From: Eledone cirrhosa
Lineage: Eukaryota
Assembly (NCBI GenBank): GCA_964016885.1
Contig: OZ024748.1
Coordinates: 57,536,001 to 57,600,000 of the forward strand
DNA length: 64,000 nt
Direction: 5' to 3'
Part shown: piece after piece, positions 33,420 to 45,759 of the stretch
How positions within the stretch are numbered: position 1 is the stretch's first letter
Layout: every line of letters begins with the position of its first letter
Notes under the pieces: generated by a model
The model's database searches: none
What the model was told of the DNA's origin: nothing
The model's input: only the letters and a program-made list of their open reading frames with translations
Program-made: the position numbers and the translations under genes

Positions 33420-36400
33420 ATCATATCATCATTGTATTAATACAGCTTGAAAGGAGAGTCTTTAAACATATATATAAAATGTAGTTAATTAATCGGCATA
33501 TGGAAGGAACATAGAAATTACGCAGAAACACACATATTTACATACGTGCGCGTGTTTGTGTACGAATGTACTTATAAATATTAAGTTAAGTCATGAAAGG
33601 ATGTAGTCTGACTCTTGTGAACTTTATAATAAATATGTTATGTCATCAGCGTAAAATATATTCCGGTCTTCTTTCCGCATGTCAGTTCAATAAAGGCCGC
33701 AGCCTCCCTCCCCTTGTTCTAAGAGAATTTGATATCTCCATTACAAGTCACGTCAACGTACAATAAGATTTATACAGTCGTCATTGCAATGAGTAACAAC
33801 TCTTGGTAACTCTTTGCAGATAGGTGAACTAAGCTGTTAAGCTGTATGTCTTTGCCACGCAAATAACCCACCACCGACAGTATCTCTAGATTATAAACTA
33901 GTGCACTTAAATACATGCTGTAACTTTGATAAAATAATATATTCATGAAAATAATATACACAAACAATAATATCGTATAAAACTCCATACTGCTGATTCA
34001 TACATACCTGTTTATATAAATATATTTAGTTACTTATAAAGGCATCGATTCTCTCGCTATATCATGAATTGCAAAGTTTTTAGAAAAAAATATAACCGCC
34101 GGAAGGATTATAGGAATAGACTCCACGTTCTAAAGTATTTTAGATAGTAATCCTAATTCTAGAAGCATTATAGAAATAGATTTTAGTTTCTGGAAAGATT
34201 ATATGACTAATGGCCAAAGAAAAACAAAAACAAAAATGTAAATCTGCCAACTATTATAACTGACTAGACACATGTAGACAACTTGCAAGCTTAAATCAAA
34301 TATATTAACTATGAAAATCAATAGTGAAGTAATATGATATAAAATCCTGTAAGATGAGTAGGTCGTAGATATAATAGGATATGAAATATTGATGGCTGTG
34401 AGTTAATACATGCATATGTAAAGTTATAGATATTTAGTACGTATTTATTTTCCCTTCCCTTAGATTTTGCTTCATAACTCAATCCGACTAGCGTATTTGG
34501 ACGTTTTGGAATTAAATATTAGCTAATGACGATCAGAAATAATAGCCTGAGAGTGTTGAGAGAAAATACTATTTAGTAGAGAATCAGTAATACTTCTATT
34601 CTTCGATTAAGTATGATCGAATGTGCGTGAAACACTGTTAAACTTGACACAGGATTGATGCTTTATATCGGATGGTTAGAGTTCATAATGGTAATCATCT
34701 CCAATTTCACACAACGAAGCCACGGAATACAAATATATGCTAATGTTATTTACGTTCAATTACTCTTAGACTTTTTCTCATGGCACATGAACTTATACTG
34801 TCAACAGAATCACATCTCTCGGCACTTTAACAATGGAAGTATGTAAAATAATGATATAACAACTCAAGTTAATTCTTTTTGTTCTGACTCAGTAAGTTCT
34901 TATTTTGCGATGGAAATGTGATCTGCTATTTCACTAGAGCATAATACCGTGTCTGTGTTTTTATTAGTTAATTTGATGAGGAATGATGCATTCCTTAGTC
35001 CTGCCCTTTCAACCCGTTCATAAGTAGGGAAACATGTGATAAAGTTGCCTTCCTCGATAGCCCTGTGTCATTGATTGTCCATTAGATTTAACGTCATTAA
35101 ATCTGACACCCGGACACACACACACACAGACAAGTCACACACACACATGTGTGAGTGAGTTTCTTCGCAGTATAAAAGGCGCTGTGTGGGTAATTTCCTG
35201 TTTTCTACGCTTGTTTGAGATGTTCTGTCTTTGGACATCACCATAGTTGACCCGTGTCCCCCTGTATTGGTTATTCTCCACTCGCTTTCATTTGTCTATA
35301 TTAACACTACAAGAAAAATATACACAGCCGTTCTACTCTTTATACAGATTTTTTTTGAAGCGTCTTTGCATTCCCAGCCTCAGCTGCGCCAATTAGCTTA
35401 ATATCATTCACAAATTGTACACCTGTAGTTTATAGACCATATCATTCGGAACACATTTACTAGGCTCCCTGCATAGCCTACAATGTGATTTTGAGACGAT
35501 AATGAATATATTGCAGTGAAATTCCTGTTTCCTACTCAGCTGGTTATTGTTTTTAAGAGCCTTCTATGAATGACCAAATAAAATAATCTCTCCAATTAAG
35601 TTGTGCTGAGCCGTAGAACGAAATTGGATGCTGAGCAATCCGCAGTGTTGGTCGTCATTTTTTTCTAACCCCCTACAACGCTTCATACTTATTTAAACAT
35701 GAAGAAATGTTAGCTAATTGTTGTTAGAATCACAAGGATCCACAGAGACGGTGTTGTTAAAATTATAATTTCAGTGTTAAGCAGACATAAAATCTATGGA
35801 ATGCATAGTGAAACAGTTGAATCCAAGAAAGCAAATAGAAAACAATAGAAACCAACAATGTATATAAAGTAAAGAGGAAAAGATGTTTAACGTAACGGGA
35901 AGAACCCATTGCCAGAGAATCGGGAATACATCTAAATAATTTGAGTCAATATCAGAATAGGGAGATAAACTTTAAGAAAATTCTCATTGTGAAAGATATT
36001 GAACGTAATAGTGAATTCCAACAAAAGTCTTGCCTACAGCCATACCATATAACCTTTCAGTAGCCAGTTAGAATTATAGATATATAGATTCTCAGTTAAG
36101 AGATAAATGGCCTGGACTTGATCAGATCACTGAACCAATTTGCAGATACAAATAATTCATTATTTACCTGGTTGTTAATTACATATGCCATCAACTCGAT
36201 CAAGCTGTTAATTTAAGTAAATTAACACGATATTTAGAAAGCTGATAGACATATACTTGGTTTATCACATTTATTTAGCAGAACATAAACACGCACATAT
36301 ATAAATATATACGAACATATACACGGATATAAACGTAAGCCATTAAGGATTTATTGGAAGGAAACGAGTGCATTAGCTACTAATTTACCATCCATATTCA

Positions 36401-36754
36401 TGATTAACGATCATAAATATAGGTTGAGAATGTGTCTAGTAAAGTTAACAGCATTATATTGAAGATAGCAAACGTTGTTGCATATCGTAAACTCGTTTAA
36501 TAAGGATTATTAAATTTTTGTAGTCACACAACGAGATTCTTAACATTGTAATCGATTAACTCATAAATAATGTATTATACTTAACGGTTTTACTGAAGTG
36601 ACTCAGGCCTTCGGTTATTTATTTATGTTTATACCAGATAGTCGATCGCTATAACAACATATTACAATTAAGACTATTATTATTGCCATTTTATTTAGGA
36701 CAATAACATTTGACACACACAGGCAGACAGACAGACTCAGATACATACATACAC

Positions 36755-37220
36755 GATGGCTGCCCTCTCGTTATTGAGTATGGCTATTGCACGATATACC
36801 ATTATTAATAATTATTAATTAATTCTATCGTGCAATGCTTGTGCGTGAAGATATTTTTTAAAGTGAGGAAAGACTGTGCACGGAAACAATCCCACTCTCT
36901 GAGCGACAGTAGCTATAACCCGAAAAGAAAAGATCAACATCATCGGTAACTACTGAGCCGCAGGTTTTATATCGGAGTTATCCCAGTTGTTTGAGTTGAC
37001 TGCTACTAGAAGAATGCCCTGACAAAGGCTAGGGGTCCTTCACTCCCAGTGGTTTAACCGCGCGATCGGGTGTCCAGCCCGACTTTTTCTATGTCCCTGC
37101 GCATATACATACACATGTACCCATGTATATACACATATACATACATATGTACATATGTATATACATATTTACACACTTTTAGATGGCCGTTGACTCTTAT
37201 GAGTTCTTCCGTCCTTTGAT
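36755..37220 (-). mobile_element. RTE-tailed non-autonomous element (empty allele-like copy)
   Basis: Homologous to 38919-39485 without the SINE; minus 3' end gtgcaatagccatactcaataacgagagggcagccatc matches the LINE tip. Confidence 0.85.
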
Positions 37221-37266
37221 ACAAACATAGATACATACATACAAAGATACATACATACATACATAG

Positions 37267-37304
<38 letters not shown>

Positions 37305-37306
<2 letters not shown>

Positions 37307-37490
37307 CGAATGAGGTGTGGTAAGGAACCAGATGGACCATAACGCACAAAAGTACTCAATACTTAGAGTATTAGAGTGGGTAATAGGAAAATGTCTGACC
37401 CCGACGGCAGAGCCCAAGGCGTTTCGACGGCTGTATGCAGAAATAGCCGTCGAAACGGCTTGAGCTCTGCCGTCGGGGTCAAACATTTTC
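37305..37490 (-). mobile_element. Hairpin element with 3' half-hammerhead
   Basis: Fold-back 37387-37490; arms carry GAAA cggc-ttgagctct-gccg TC ggggt; homologs at 63568 and 23432; (TA)n flanks. Confidence 0.8.
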
Positions 37491-37507
37491 TTATATATAT
37501 ATATATA

Positions 37508-37605
37508 CAGAGTGTCCCAAAATTGTATACACATTTTCAATAGCAGTACAGGCAACATTTATTAGAATGCATAGCCTCTGTGCATATATGGTTTTGGACA
37601 ACCTG
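37508..37605. mobile_element. Tc1/mariner-type MITE
   Basis: TA-cagagtgtcccaaaattgtatacaca ... tgtgcatatatggttttggacaacctg-TA; shares cattctaataaat with 5617-5730. Confidence 0.6.
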
Positions 37606-37618
37606 TATATATATATAT

Positions 37619-38163
37619 ATAAACGGAAAAAATGAAACGAAATTTCATTTCTCACTCTTAGTAGGGCTGTTACTTAAATATAAGTATGTATACGTACATA
37701 CCTATATGTATACAGACGTACAGTAGTATGTGTGTGTATATATATATATATACATACATGCACACATATATATATGTACGTATGGATTCACCAAACATTT
37801 ATTATAATGCTCGGTGTGTTTGTAAACAAACATACCGTATTAAGCCGTAGTGTCTAGCAACCATCATTGCTCATTTGTTCAACACTGACAAAGGAACGCT
37901 GTACTAGTTTCAAGTTTATTAGCTATCGTCAGCAACGTATACCTTCCTGCCAGATGGTTGAACGTCTGAAAGTATATACTTTCCTTATGCATATTAACGG
38001 CTGAGCAGCCTAATTTGCATATCGAGTGAGTTAATCGGCCGGGGTACCGAACACGATAAACGGAAAAAATGAAACGAAATTTCATTTCTCACTCTTAGTA
38101 CAGCTGTTACTTAAATATAAGTATGTATACGTACATATATGTATACAGACGTACAATAGTATG

Positions 38164-38203
<40 letters not shown>

Positions 38204-38232
38204 CATGCACACATATATATATGTACGTATGG

Positions 38233-38235
<3 letters not shown>
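37619..38235 (-). mobile_element. Terminally redundant hammerhead element (period ~437 bp)
   Basis: ~170 bp direct repeat 37619-37788 vs 38056-38235 enclosing a hammerhead; (TA)n on both sides. Confidence 0.75.
37896..37938 (-). ncRNA. Minimal type I hammerhead ribozyme
   Basis: Minus: acgttg CTGACGA tagctaataaactt GAAA c-ta-g TA cagcgt; 6 bp stem I, palindromic ACUAGU stem III, GUA site. Confidence 0.82.
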
Positions 38236-38296
<61 letters not shown>

Positions 38297-38918
38297 TGAC
38301 ACCCACCGAAGGATTTTGCAAATGTGCTTAATATTCATAAACGACGAGATGAAATATACACATAACCCCAGGTTACCAATTACCCAGAAAAGCGCCTGTA
38401 ACATCATCTGGATCACATCATTTCGGCTGTAGTCTTGTTCTGATTGTGTGAACATTGATAATGCAAACAGATCATATCGATCTGATGTTGAGAAAATAGG
38501 ATATAGCAGTTATATAGATGTTCGTTATGCACCTGAGAGCGAGAAGATGCAATTGCTCAAATCGGCGTAGAATAAGGGAATCTAATATATCGTGTACACG
38601 AAATGGAAATTTGAAGGAACAGCCCAGTGCTGGAACAGTATCCCACCTCATTACATCACATAAGTTTGTAGTCATCTTACTCGGTATATCGTTTGTAAAA
38701 TGACATACCTAATCATTGCAATTCAACGCCAGGATTTCTGAGAATAAACGCTCTCACCCTCTCTCTCACTCTTTCTCACTCTTTCTCACTCTTTCTCACT
38801 CTCACTCACTCTTTCCCACTCTCTGTCACTCTCTCTCACTCTCTCTCTCTGTCTCTCTCACTCTCTCTCTCTCACCCTCTCTCTCACTCCTCGCTCTCTC
38901 TATGTATGTATATATATC

Positions 38919-39618
38919 ATGGCTGCCCCCACGTTATCGAATATGGCCATTGCACGATATACTATTATTAATAATTATTGTGGATTGGCAGTATCGGTAG
39001 AGAGTCGGACGCTATGCTTTCCAGCATAGTTACATCCCTTTACGGTCTGAGTTCAAATCCCGCCGAGGTTCACTTTGCCTTTCATCCTTACGGGGTCGAT
39101 AAAATAAAGTACCAGTAATGCACTGGGTAATTGATGGCCTTGTGCCAAAAGTAGAAACAATTATTAATAATTATTAATTAATTCTATCGTGTAATGCCTG
39201 TGCGTGAAGATAGTTTTTAAAGACTGTGCACTGAGACAATCCAACCCTTTGAGCGACAGTAGCTATAACCTGAAAAGAAAAGATAAACATCATCGGTAAC
39301 TACTGAGCCAAAGGTTTTATATCGGAGTTATCCCAGTTTCTTGAGTTGGCTTCTCCTAGAAGAATGCCCTGACAAAGGCTAGGGGTCCTTCACTCCCAGT
39401 GGTTTAACCGCGCTGTACATGTGTATATACATATTTACACACTTTCGGATGGCCCTTGACTCTTATGAGTTCTTCTGCCCTTTATCAGGTTTTTTTTCCC
39501 GCAGGGTTTCCCAAATCCCCCTCCTCACCAAGTAAACTTGCCGGTTTGGTCACCGACGACCCGACCATGCGACAGGTTGTACTGGGTTACATGTTACCAG
39601 TAGCCTCAAGAGTGACTC

Positions 39619-39621
<3 letters not shown>
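38919..39621 (-). mobile_element. Apparently full-length RTE-tailed non-autonomous element
   Basis: Minus start gtcgagtcac..ctggtaacatgtaacccagtacaacctgtc resembles the 18136 start; ends with the LINE 3' tip; (TA)n flanks. Confidence 0.82.
38980..39159 (+). mobile_element. SINE family A nested in RTE-tailed element, 16 bp TSD
   Basis: TSD attattaataattatt 38964-38979 / 39160-39175; single copy at 36801 in the empty paralog. Confidence 0.93.
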
Positions 39622-39657
<36 letters not shown>

Positions 39658-39665
<8 letters not shown>

Positions 39666-39803
39666 ATACTTTGGGAGGGTCATGTTGCCAATAAGAAACA
39701 CACGCACCACAGCTTTCACTCCAATTTATAATAAATTGGAGTGAAAGCAACTGGTGCGTGTGTTTCTTATTGGCAACATGACCCTCCCAAAGTATAACAA
39801 TAT
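39658..39803. repeat. Near-perfect ~146 bp palindrome
   Basis: tattgttatactttgggagggtcatgttgccaataagaaacacacgcacca..ctttcactccaatttat A ataaattggagtgaaag..tggtgcgtgtgtttcttattggcaacatgaccctcccaaagtataacaata; its terminus also occurs at ~6747-6771. Confidence 0.95.
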
Positions 39804-39859
39804 CGGTTTCAACACATGTTTTCAGATAAAGACTCTTGGTAAACAAATTCAGAAACGAA

Positions 39860-39897
<38 letters not shown>

Positions 39898-39947
39898 TCT
39901 AAAGGGAACATTTCGTCGATATTTTACAAAATAATGGATTATTTTAG

Positions 39948-40170
39948 TGAAGGCGTGTGACTGAGTGGTTAGAGAATTGGATTCGCAATCGTAAGGTTGT
40001 GAGTTCGATTCCTGGACCAGGCGATGCGTTATGTCCTTGAGCAAGACACTTTATTTCACGTTGCTCCTTCTACCTGGAGTTGCGACCGATAGATAGTATT
40101 AGCAATTGGAAAGACCAACGGAAACATTGTTCCCTCGGTCGGATTTGACGAAAGTCGATCGATTTCTAAT
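39948..40170 (+). mobile_element. tRNA-derived SINE family B with 58 bp flanking duplication
   Basis: A-box tgactgagtgg, B-box gagttcgattcc; identical 58-mer at 39890-39947 and 40171-40228. Confidence 0.88.
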
Positions 40171-41124
40171 ATATATTCTCTAAAGGGAACATTTCGTCGA
40201 TATTTTACAAAATAATGGATTATTTTAGGAGATAATGCTCCCGTGATATATTTACTTACTATTAGGTATTTAATCAATAAAAGCACTTCTCTAGTCATTG
40301 TCTTTTCTTAAATCTTTTGCAAGTTTTAGTGTTCAACACGAATTAATGAATAGCGTGTGTATATATGCTTCTCTGCAGGATCGTTTGAGTATATGTACAC
40401 GCACGCAGGCATGTATACATGTGCTAAAATGGATAGACAGAGAAAAAATTGTTGCATCATCAAATCGATCTATCTATATATGCCTTTGTTTATTACACAG
40501 GCAGAGATAGATAGATAGATAGATAGAATCACTTACATACATTCGTGTACGTATGTGTATATTTCAGTATAGCCTAATTTAATACTTCCTCTTCCCGTCG
40601 AGGAAGATATTTTCTTCGTGTTACTGAATAACCAAAGCAATGACACACAAACCCCAAACAAATACATACATATATAGATACACACTTGCCAACTCACTTA
40701 CACTCAAAAGCTCAGAGCATTTTATTGATAGTCTATTGAATATCTGACACATCACAATTTCTGCATTAGCAAATTATTTCAACTACTACAAGTCGTATGC
40801 ATCACGACTCTTCAATTTTGACGAGACACTAATGAAATCAATGTCTCAACTATACAAAGAAGATTCAGTAGGGGAATTAGACAAAGTGATGTGCTGTGAT
40901 GTGCTGTTAGCCATATTATAATACTCTACTATTTAAAAAAAAGTTTTATTGTCATAGTTTAATTTTCACTTCCCTGTTTATTTTTCTATCGATCATAATG
41001 CTGTAGGTGCCAAAATGTCTGACGTACCAATATCCAACTTAAAAAAAAATGAAATTTAAGAATAAAAATACAACAGAAACATGCTGGATTATTATTATTG
41101 TTGTTCCTGTTGTTGTTGTTGTTA

Positions 41125-41315
41125 GGGCGGTGGATTGCCAGTATCGGTAGAGGGTCGGATGCCATGCTTTGCAGCATTGAGTTACGCCCCTTTATAATCT
41201 GAGTTCAAATCCTGCCGAGGTTAGCTTTGCCTTTCATCCGTACGGGGTCGATAAAATAAAGTACCAGTAATACACTGGGGATTTGCTGGCCTTGTGCCAA
41301 AAGTAGAAACAATTA
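41125..41315 (+). mobile_element. SINE family A, full length
   Basis: gggcggtggattgccagtatcgg..gagttcaaatcc..gtagaaacaatta. Confidence 0.9.
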
Positions 41316-42144
41316 CTATTCTTATTTTTATTACAACAGCAGTGAAGCTCATTATTCCTTGATTACACGTATTGTTTACTTTCATTCCTGCTAATGTTCC
41401 GGTGTGCTGAGGTAGAGCCATATTACGTATATTGTGCAAAAGTCCTTGTATGTATTTATAATATATATTTGTCGGTACTTGTTTAAGATCATTCAGGAAA
41501 TTATTATGGGGTTTGATTCGGTTTTCAATACCCGACATACGGGTATATTTATTTTATAAGTCTATAATTGGAGTATATCGCTAAATTCAATAAAGTGTCA
41601 ATGTCATCTGCTAGACTTGATACATCGATGAGCAGATCATTGTTACCAATATCTTGGCAAATTTCTTTTTATCTTTCCGTAAGTACCCTAAACAAAATTT
41701 CCTTAACGTTTTTGAAAATGGTATCCCGTTAGTTCCAGCTAATCGTCTGAACTGTAAACATATGTATAGTTCTGTTAATCGTAACGTTCACACTGCGAGA
41801 TACCAGGTCAGGTGAATACTTCAGTAATTACAACATGTACGCTATGCACCCGGAAATATCTGTGGACTTGCAGCGTGGTGATAATTGGAAAGCTGGAAAT
41901 GAAATGGTTAATAGTTTCTGTGTATAGACAGCTTAGTTTGTAGCTGATATTCACGTCTTGTTTTAAACATTTTATTTTAGTAATAATTTAGTTAAGAGGC
42001 TATTAACGTCGTTGAGCTGAACTCGTACCTTATTTATGAGCTAAACATTTTTCTCAGTACCATCTTGCAGACTGCTTATCGCATAGGAATTCTTCTGTTT
42101 TAATCCGTCTTTGTGTTATCTTGTTTTACATTATTATTTAACTA

Positions 42145-42542
42145 CAAGGGTAATCACAAAAGTAAGGTCTCCAAAGCGATGGGGACGCAGAGAAACTGTT
42201 AGTGCGGCTGTTGGCAACACTGTTGTGATTGGTGCTTCCTTCACTCCCAAACAAGCATGCGCGCGCTTCGCTGGGATGCTCAATCTTGGTTTGGCAGCCG
42301 TTGAGAAAGGAGCTCCCGTTGAGCGCTACCGCCAAGTGCGAATTTAGCGCAGTTATTATATAGAGGGCAATCCCAAAAGTAAGGTCTCCTTCCGAGGAAA
42401 ACGTGCGTAAAGATCGGCAGATGCCATCTGCATTTTGGTTCCTGAGGTTTCCCGAAGCACTATCCACAGGATTTTAACGGAAAAGTTGCAATATCGGAAG
42501 TTGCAATATCGGAAGGAGACCTTACTTTTGGGATTGCCCTCC
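42145..42542 (+). mobile_element. Mariner remnant with three TIR copies
   Basis: TA-caagggtaatcacaaaagtaaggtctcc (42145), TA-gagggcaatcccaaaagtaaggtctcc (42363), inverted copy ending 42542-TA; transposase remnants ELPLSATAKCEFSAVI and VSRSTIHRILTEKLQYRK. Confidence 0.85.
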
Positions 42543-45131
42543 TAGTTCTCATCTAAAGCTTATTCCACAATAGCTATAGGAAAATAATTAGTTTCCTTTA
42601 AGAAAAAAAAAAAAAAAAAAAAAAAATTAAAAGTTAAACGTGTGGTTTTCTTGCTGTCATGTTATACTATCCAGACCACATTTGTTTACTTTAGATAAAG
42701 TATAACTTTGTATAAAGGTGGTATGCTCTGACCACATCGGCTTTAGTATAAGTGCATTATAAACTTAGTGAGTAGTCTCCTAATATTAATATCTTGAAAT
42801 TTCATAGACATTGTTAGCACGGCTAAATACATTATATGGACAATCTTAATTCTGGTATTCTGTGATGTGTATCTGATATTAACTTCTTTAGTTTTCTGTG
42901 GTTAGGTATGTTTTATATAATTCACACTTTAATTTCCGTATGGTGTATCTTAGTAATTTTAATTTATCTTCTTCTCCTTTCAAGTATTTGTCGAGATTGT
43001 TACTTATTTTTCTTATTCGAACCTTTTGAGTTTGAATTCATATTAAGTTGCACTTCGACATATTGATATTTCAACAATGATGTCATATAAAACAGCCACT
43101 TCTCAGTTTATTTTTATCTTTTCAATCGGTTCTAAACCCCATCTGTCATGACTGGGGTATCTGTAAACCTGTCAATCCCACCTTTGTTTATATCAGGGTC
43201 GTCTGTCCATTCATCAATTGTAAAATTCGCCCTTTAAATCCATCCATCCTGCCTACTCTTCAGTTTTACAGACTCAATACAAGACCACATCTCCATCTAT
43301 ATTACTGCTCTGTCCAGTTGGTCATCGTTCTACCCGTCATCTCTACATTGACATAAGAAAGCAGACATAGCCGAAATTATAAAACGATTAGTCTTTTAAT
43401 CTCATTTCACGCCTGCAAAACAATAATAGCCCACATGTTTCTTGCTATTAAAAATATAATAGTCAACAAACAAGAAACATTGAGAAAAGACATTACCCCC
43501 TACCCTAATAAAAAGCAACAACACCAACGAAATAGAACTGTTAATGCACATTTACTTTTGGCAAGCATCCTATCTATATCTTTCGGAAACAATAAACAGA
43601 TTTTTAATTGTGCTGTTGTCTCTCAACTTCAAACGGAGAAGACTGTCTGAATGGTGAACCGAAAAACAATAATTTTAAACATTATTATAATAGTTGTAAC
43701 ATAAAATATAAAGAAGTCAGTAATAACAAAAAAAATGCAACTCCAATTATAATGAAATAAAGAATTATAGCAAATAAATATATAGAAAAGATTCTATTAT
43801 GAACAGGAAATGAAGCCGACATATCTTTTGAGTTTTTTGCCAATACAATAATTACAAAATTATTCGACTTCAATATCTGAAAGTCACATCTATTTATGTA
43901 CAAAAGACATGAGATCTAAATTGTCTGTCCATCAGTCTATTTCGTTCAATATCTGTCTGTATGTCTGTCCGTCTGTATGTATGTGTTGCTGCCAATCTGT
44001 TTATATACCTATCTATATAAATATTTAGCAACCACTCTCTATGACTGCCTATATTTTTGTTTGACTCTCGATAGGAAGAACAAAAGAAGATATATGGCAA
44101 GAGGTATGTGAATTCTATTATAACTAAAAGGCTATACAGTGAATCAAGTGCCAGTAATTTCGTGCTTAACTGCACATGTCAATAACCTTTTGACGAGTGA
44201 GACTTATCCCCAAACTCTCGGATGTCCAGCCAGTGACGCCGCTATATATACATATAAGCTCATACACACATATATACGTGCGCGCGCGCACACACACATA
44301 CACACATATATATATATATATATATATATCAGTGGCGAAGGGTAACCTGGAAAGCAGAGCATGTAGTCCAATCGCCATGGCGGAAAGTGAGGTTGTACAG
44401 CCTACCCCCCCATTTCCCTCTAAACGACCCTCCCAGTCAAAGCCGCATGTAGTGTTATCTAGTGTGTGTGTGTGTATGTGTTATCTTTTTATGTGTCTAC
44501 GATTTAGAAAGCAGCCAAAATTCTGCTTGCTTCAACCGACGCAATTGATCAACTCAAGACTCTATAACGCATGCGCAGACCCCTCGCCCCTGATATATAT
44601 GCATATATTTATATAAACCATATATTTGACATAATCTACGTGCAACTGCCCCTATTGCGAATAACGTATTGTGTACATTTTGATTCCCTGGGCTTATGTT
44701 CAGATATTGTCTCATAGATTGACAAATGTGAGCAGTTGGAGCCGTAATGAATAGCATTCCTGTTTACTAATAAATACGCACATAGACGCACACAGACATA
44801 CACAACACCCATACACAGCATCCACCCACCCACGTGTTTGAGCTTGTATAACTCATATGCCACCAATCTCAATTAGAGCTATGTAAATATATGGTGTGAT
44901 TAATATCAATAGATAGGTGGAATCTCTCTCTCTCTCTCTAATATATATATATATATAACTGAACAAAAAAGAAAAACGAACACAGACATATACATGTATG
45001 TGTTCAAATCGTAATGGACCAGAATCGCTAAGGTGAAAAAATACTAACTACAGACAATAGGGTTTTCTAGACTCAATTTAAGAATAAATAAATAAAAATA
45101 AATACAAACCAGTATTGTGGTAACTACCCAT

Positions 45132-45212
45132 CACCCGGACGGTTTTTGATAGAACCGTTTCGCAATATTATTTGTGAAGAGGTTTATCAAATTCCTAGCT
45201 CATCAGCGGGTG
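45132..45212 (-). ncRNA. Canonical type I hammerhead ribozyme, intact
   Basis: Minus: cacccg CTGATGA gc-taggaatttgataaacctcttcacaaataatatt-gc GAAA cggtt-ctatcaaa-aaccg TC cgggtg; all core nucleotides, 6 bp stem I, full stem III, GUC site. Confidence 0.93.
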
Positions 45213-45480
45213 AAGAATTAGAATCCTGATCACTTCTAAATAAAATAAAGAACTGGATAGTGTGTGTATATGTAACGCACATGGTTTTCGAACTTAGAGC
45301 GTCGCGCAGACTCACGCCACGTTAATTCGTAGAGCTAATTCAAATGTCGTGTAGACCCGGCTGCTAGTTTTAGTGGCGTGAGTCTGCGCGACGTGTTAAA
45401 TTCGAAGATCATGTGCGTTACATATACACACACTATCCAGTTCTTTATTTTATTTAGAAGTGATCAGGATTTTAATTGTT

Positions 45481-45759
45481 CACCCGCTGATGAGCTAGGA
45501 ATTTGATATACCTCTTCACAAATAATTGTTTCTACTTTAGGCACAAGGCCAGCAATTACCAGTGCATTACTGGTACTTTATTTTATCGACCCCGTAAGGA
45601 TGAAAGGCAAAGTCAACCTCGGCGGGATTTGAACTCAGATCGTAAAGGGACGTAACTATGCTGGAAAGCATGGCGTCAAACCCTCTACCGATACTGCCAA
45701 TCCATCTACCTCTTCACAAATAACATTGCGAAACGGTTCTATCAAAAACCGTCCGGGTG
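45481..45759 (+). ncRNA. Same hammerhead on plus strand, interrupted by SINE in stem-loop II
   Basis: cacccgCTGATGAgc at 45481 and gcGAAAcggtt..aaccgTCcgggtg at 45728-45759. Confidence 0.85.
45526..45706 (-). mobile_element. SINE family A with 17 bp TSD
   Basis: TSD tacctcttcacaaataa 45509-45525 / 45707-45723; empty site preserved in the left arm. Confidence 0.95.

Noticed and set aside
34975-35311. Possible solo LTR (TG start, tataaaa, ends cactaca)
   Set aside because: No TSD and no second copy in the window
39948-40020. tRNA-like sequence with A and B boxes
   Set aside because: Continues into a SINE body with flanking duplication and has homologs at 17177 and 627; SINE head, not a tRNA gene
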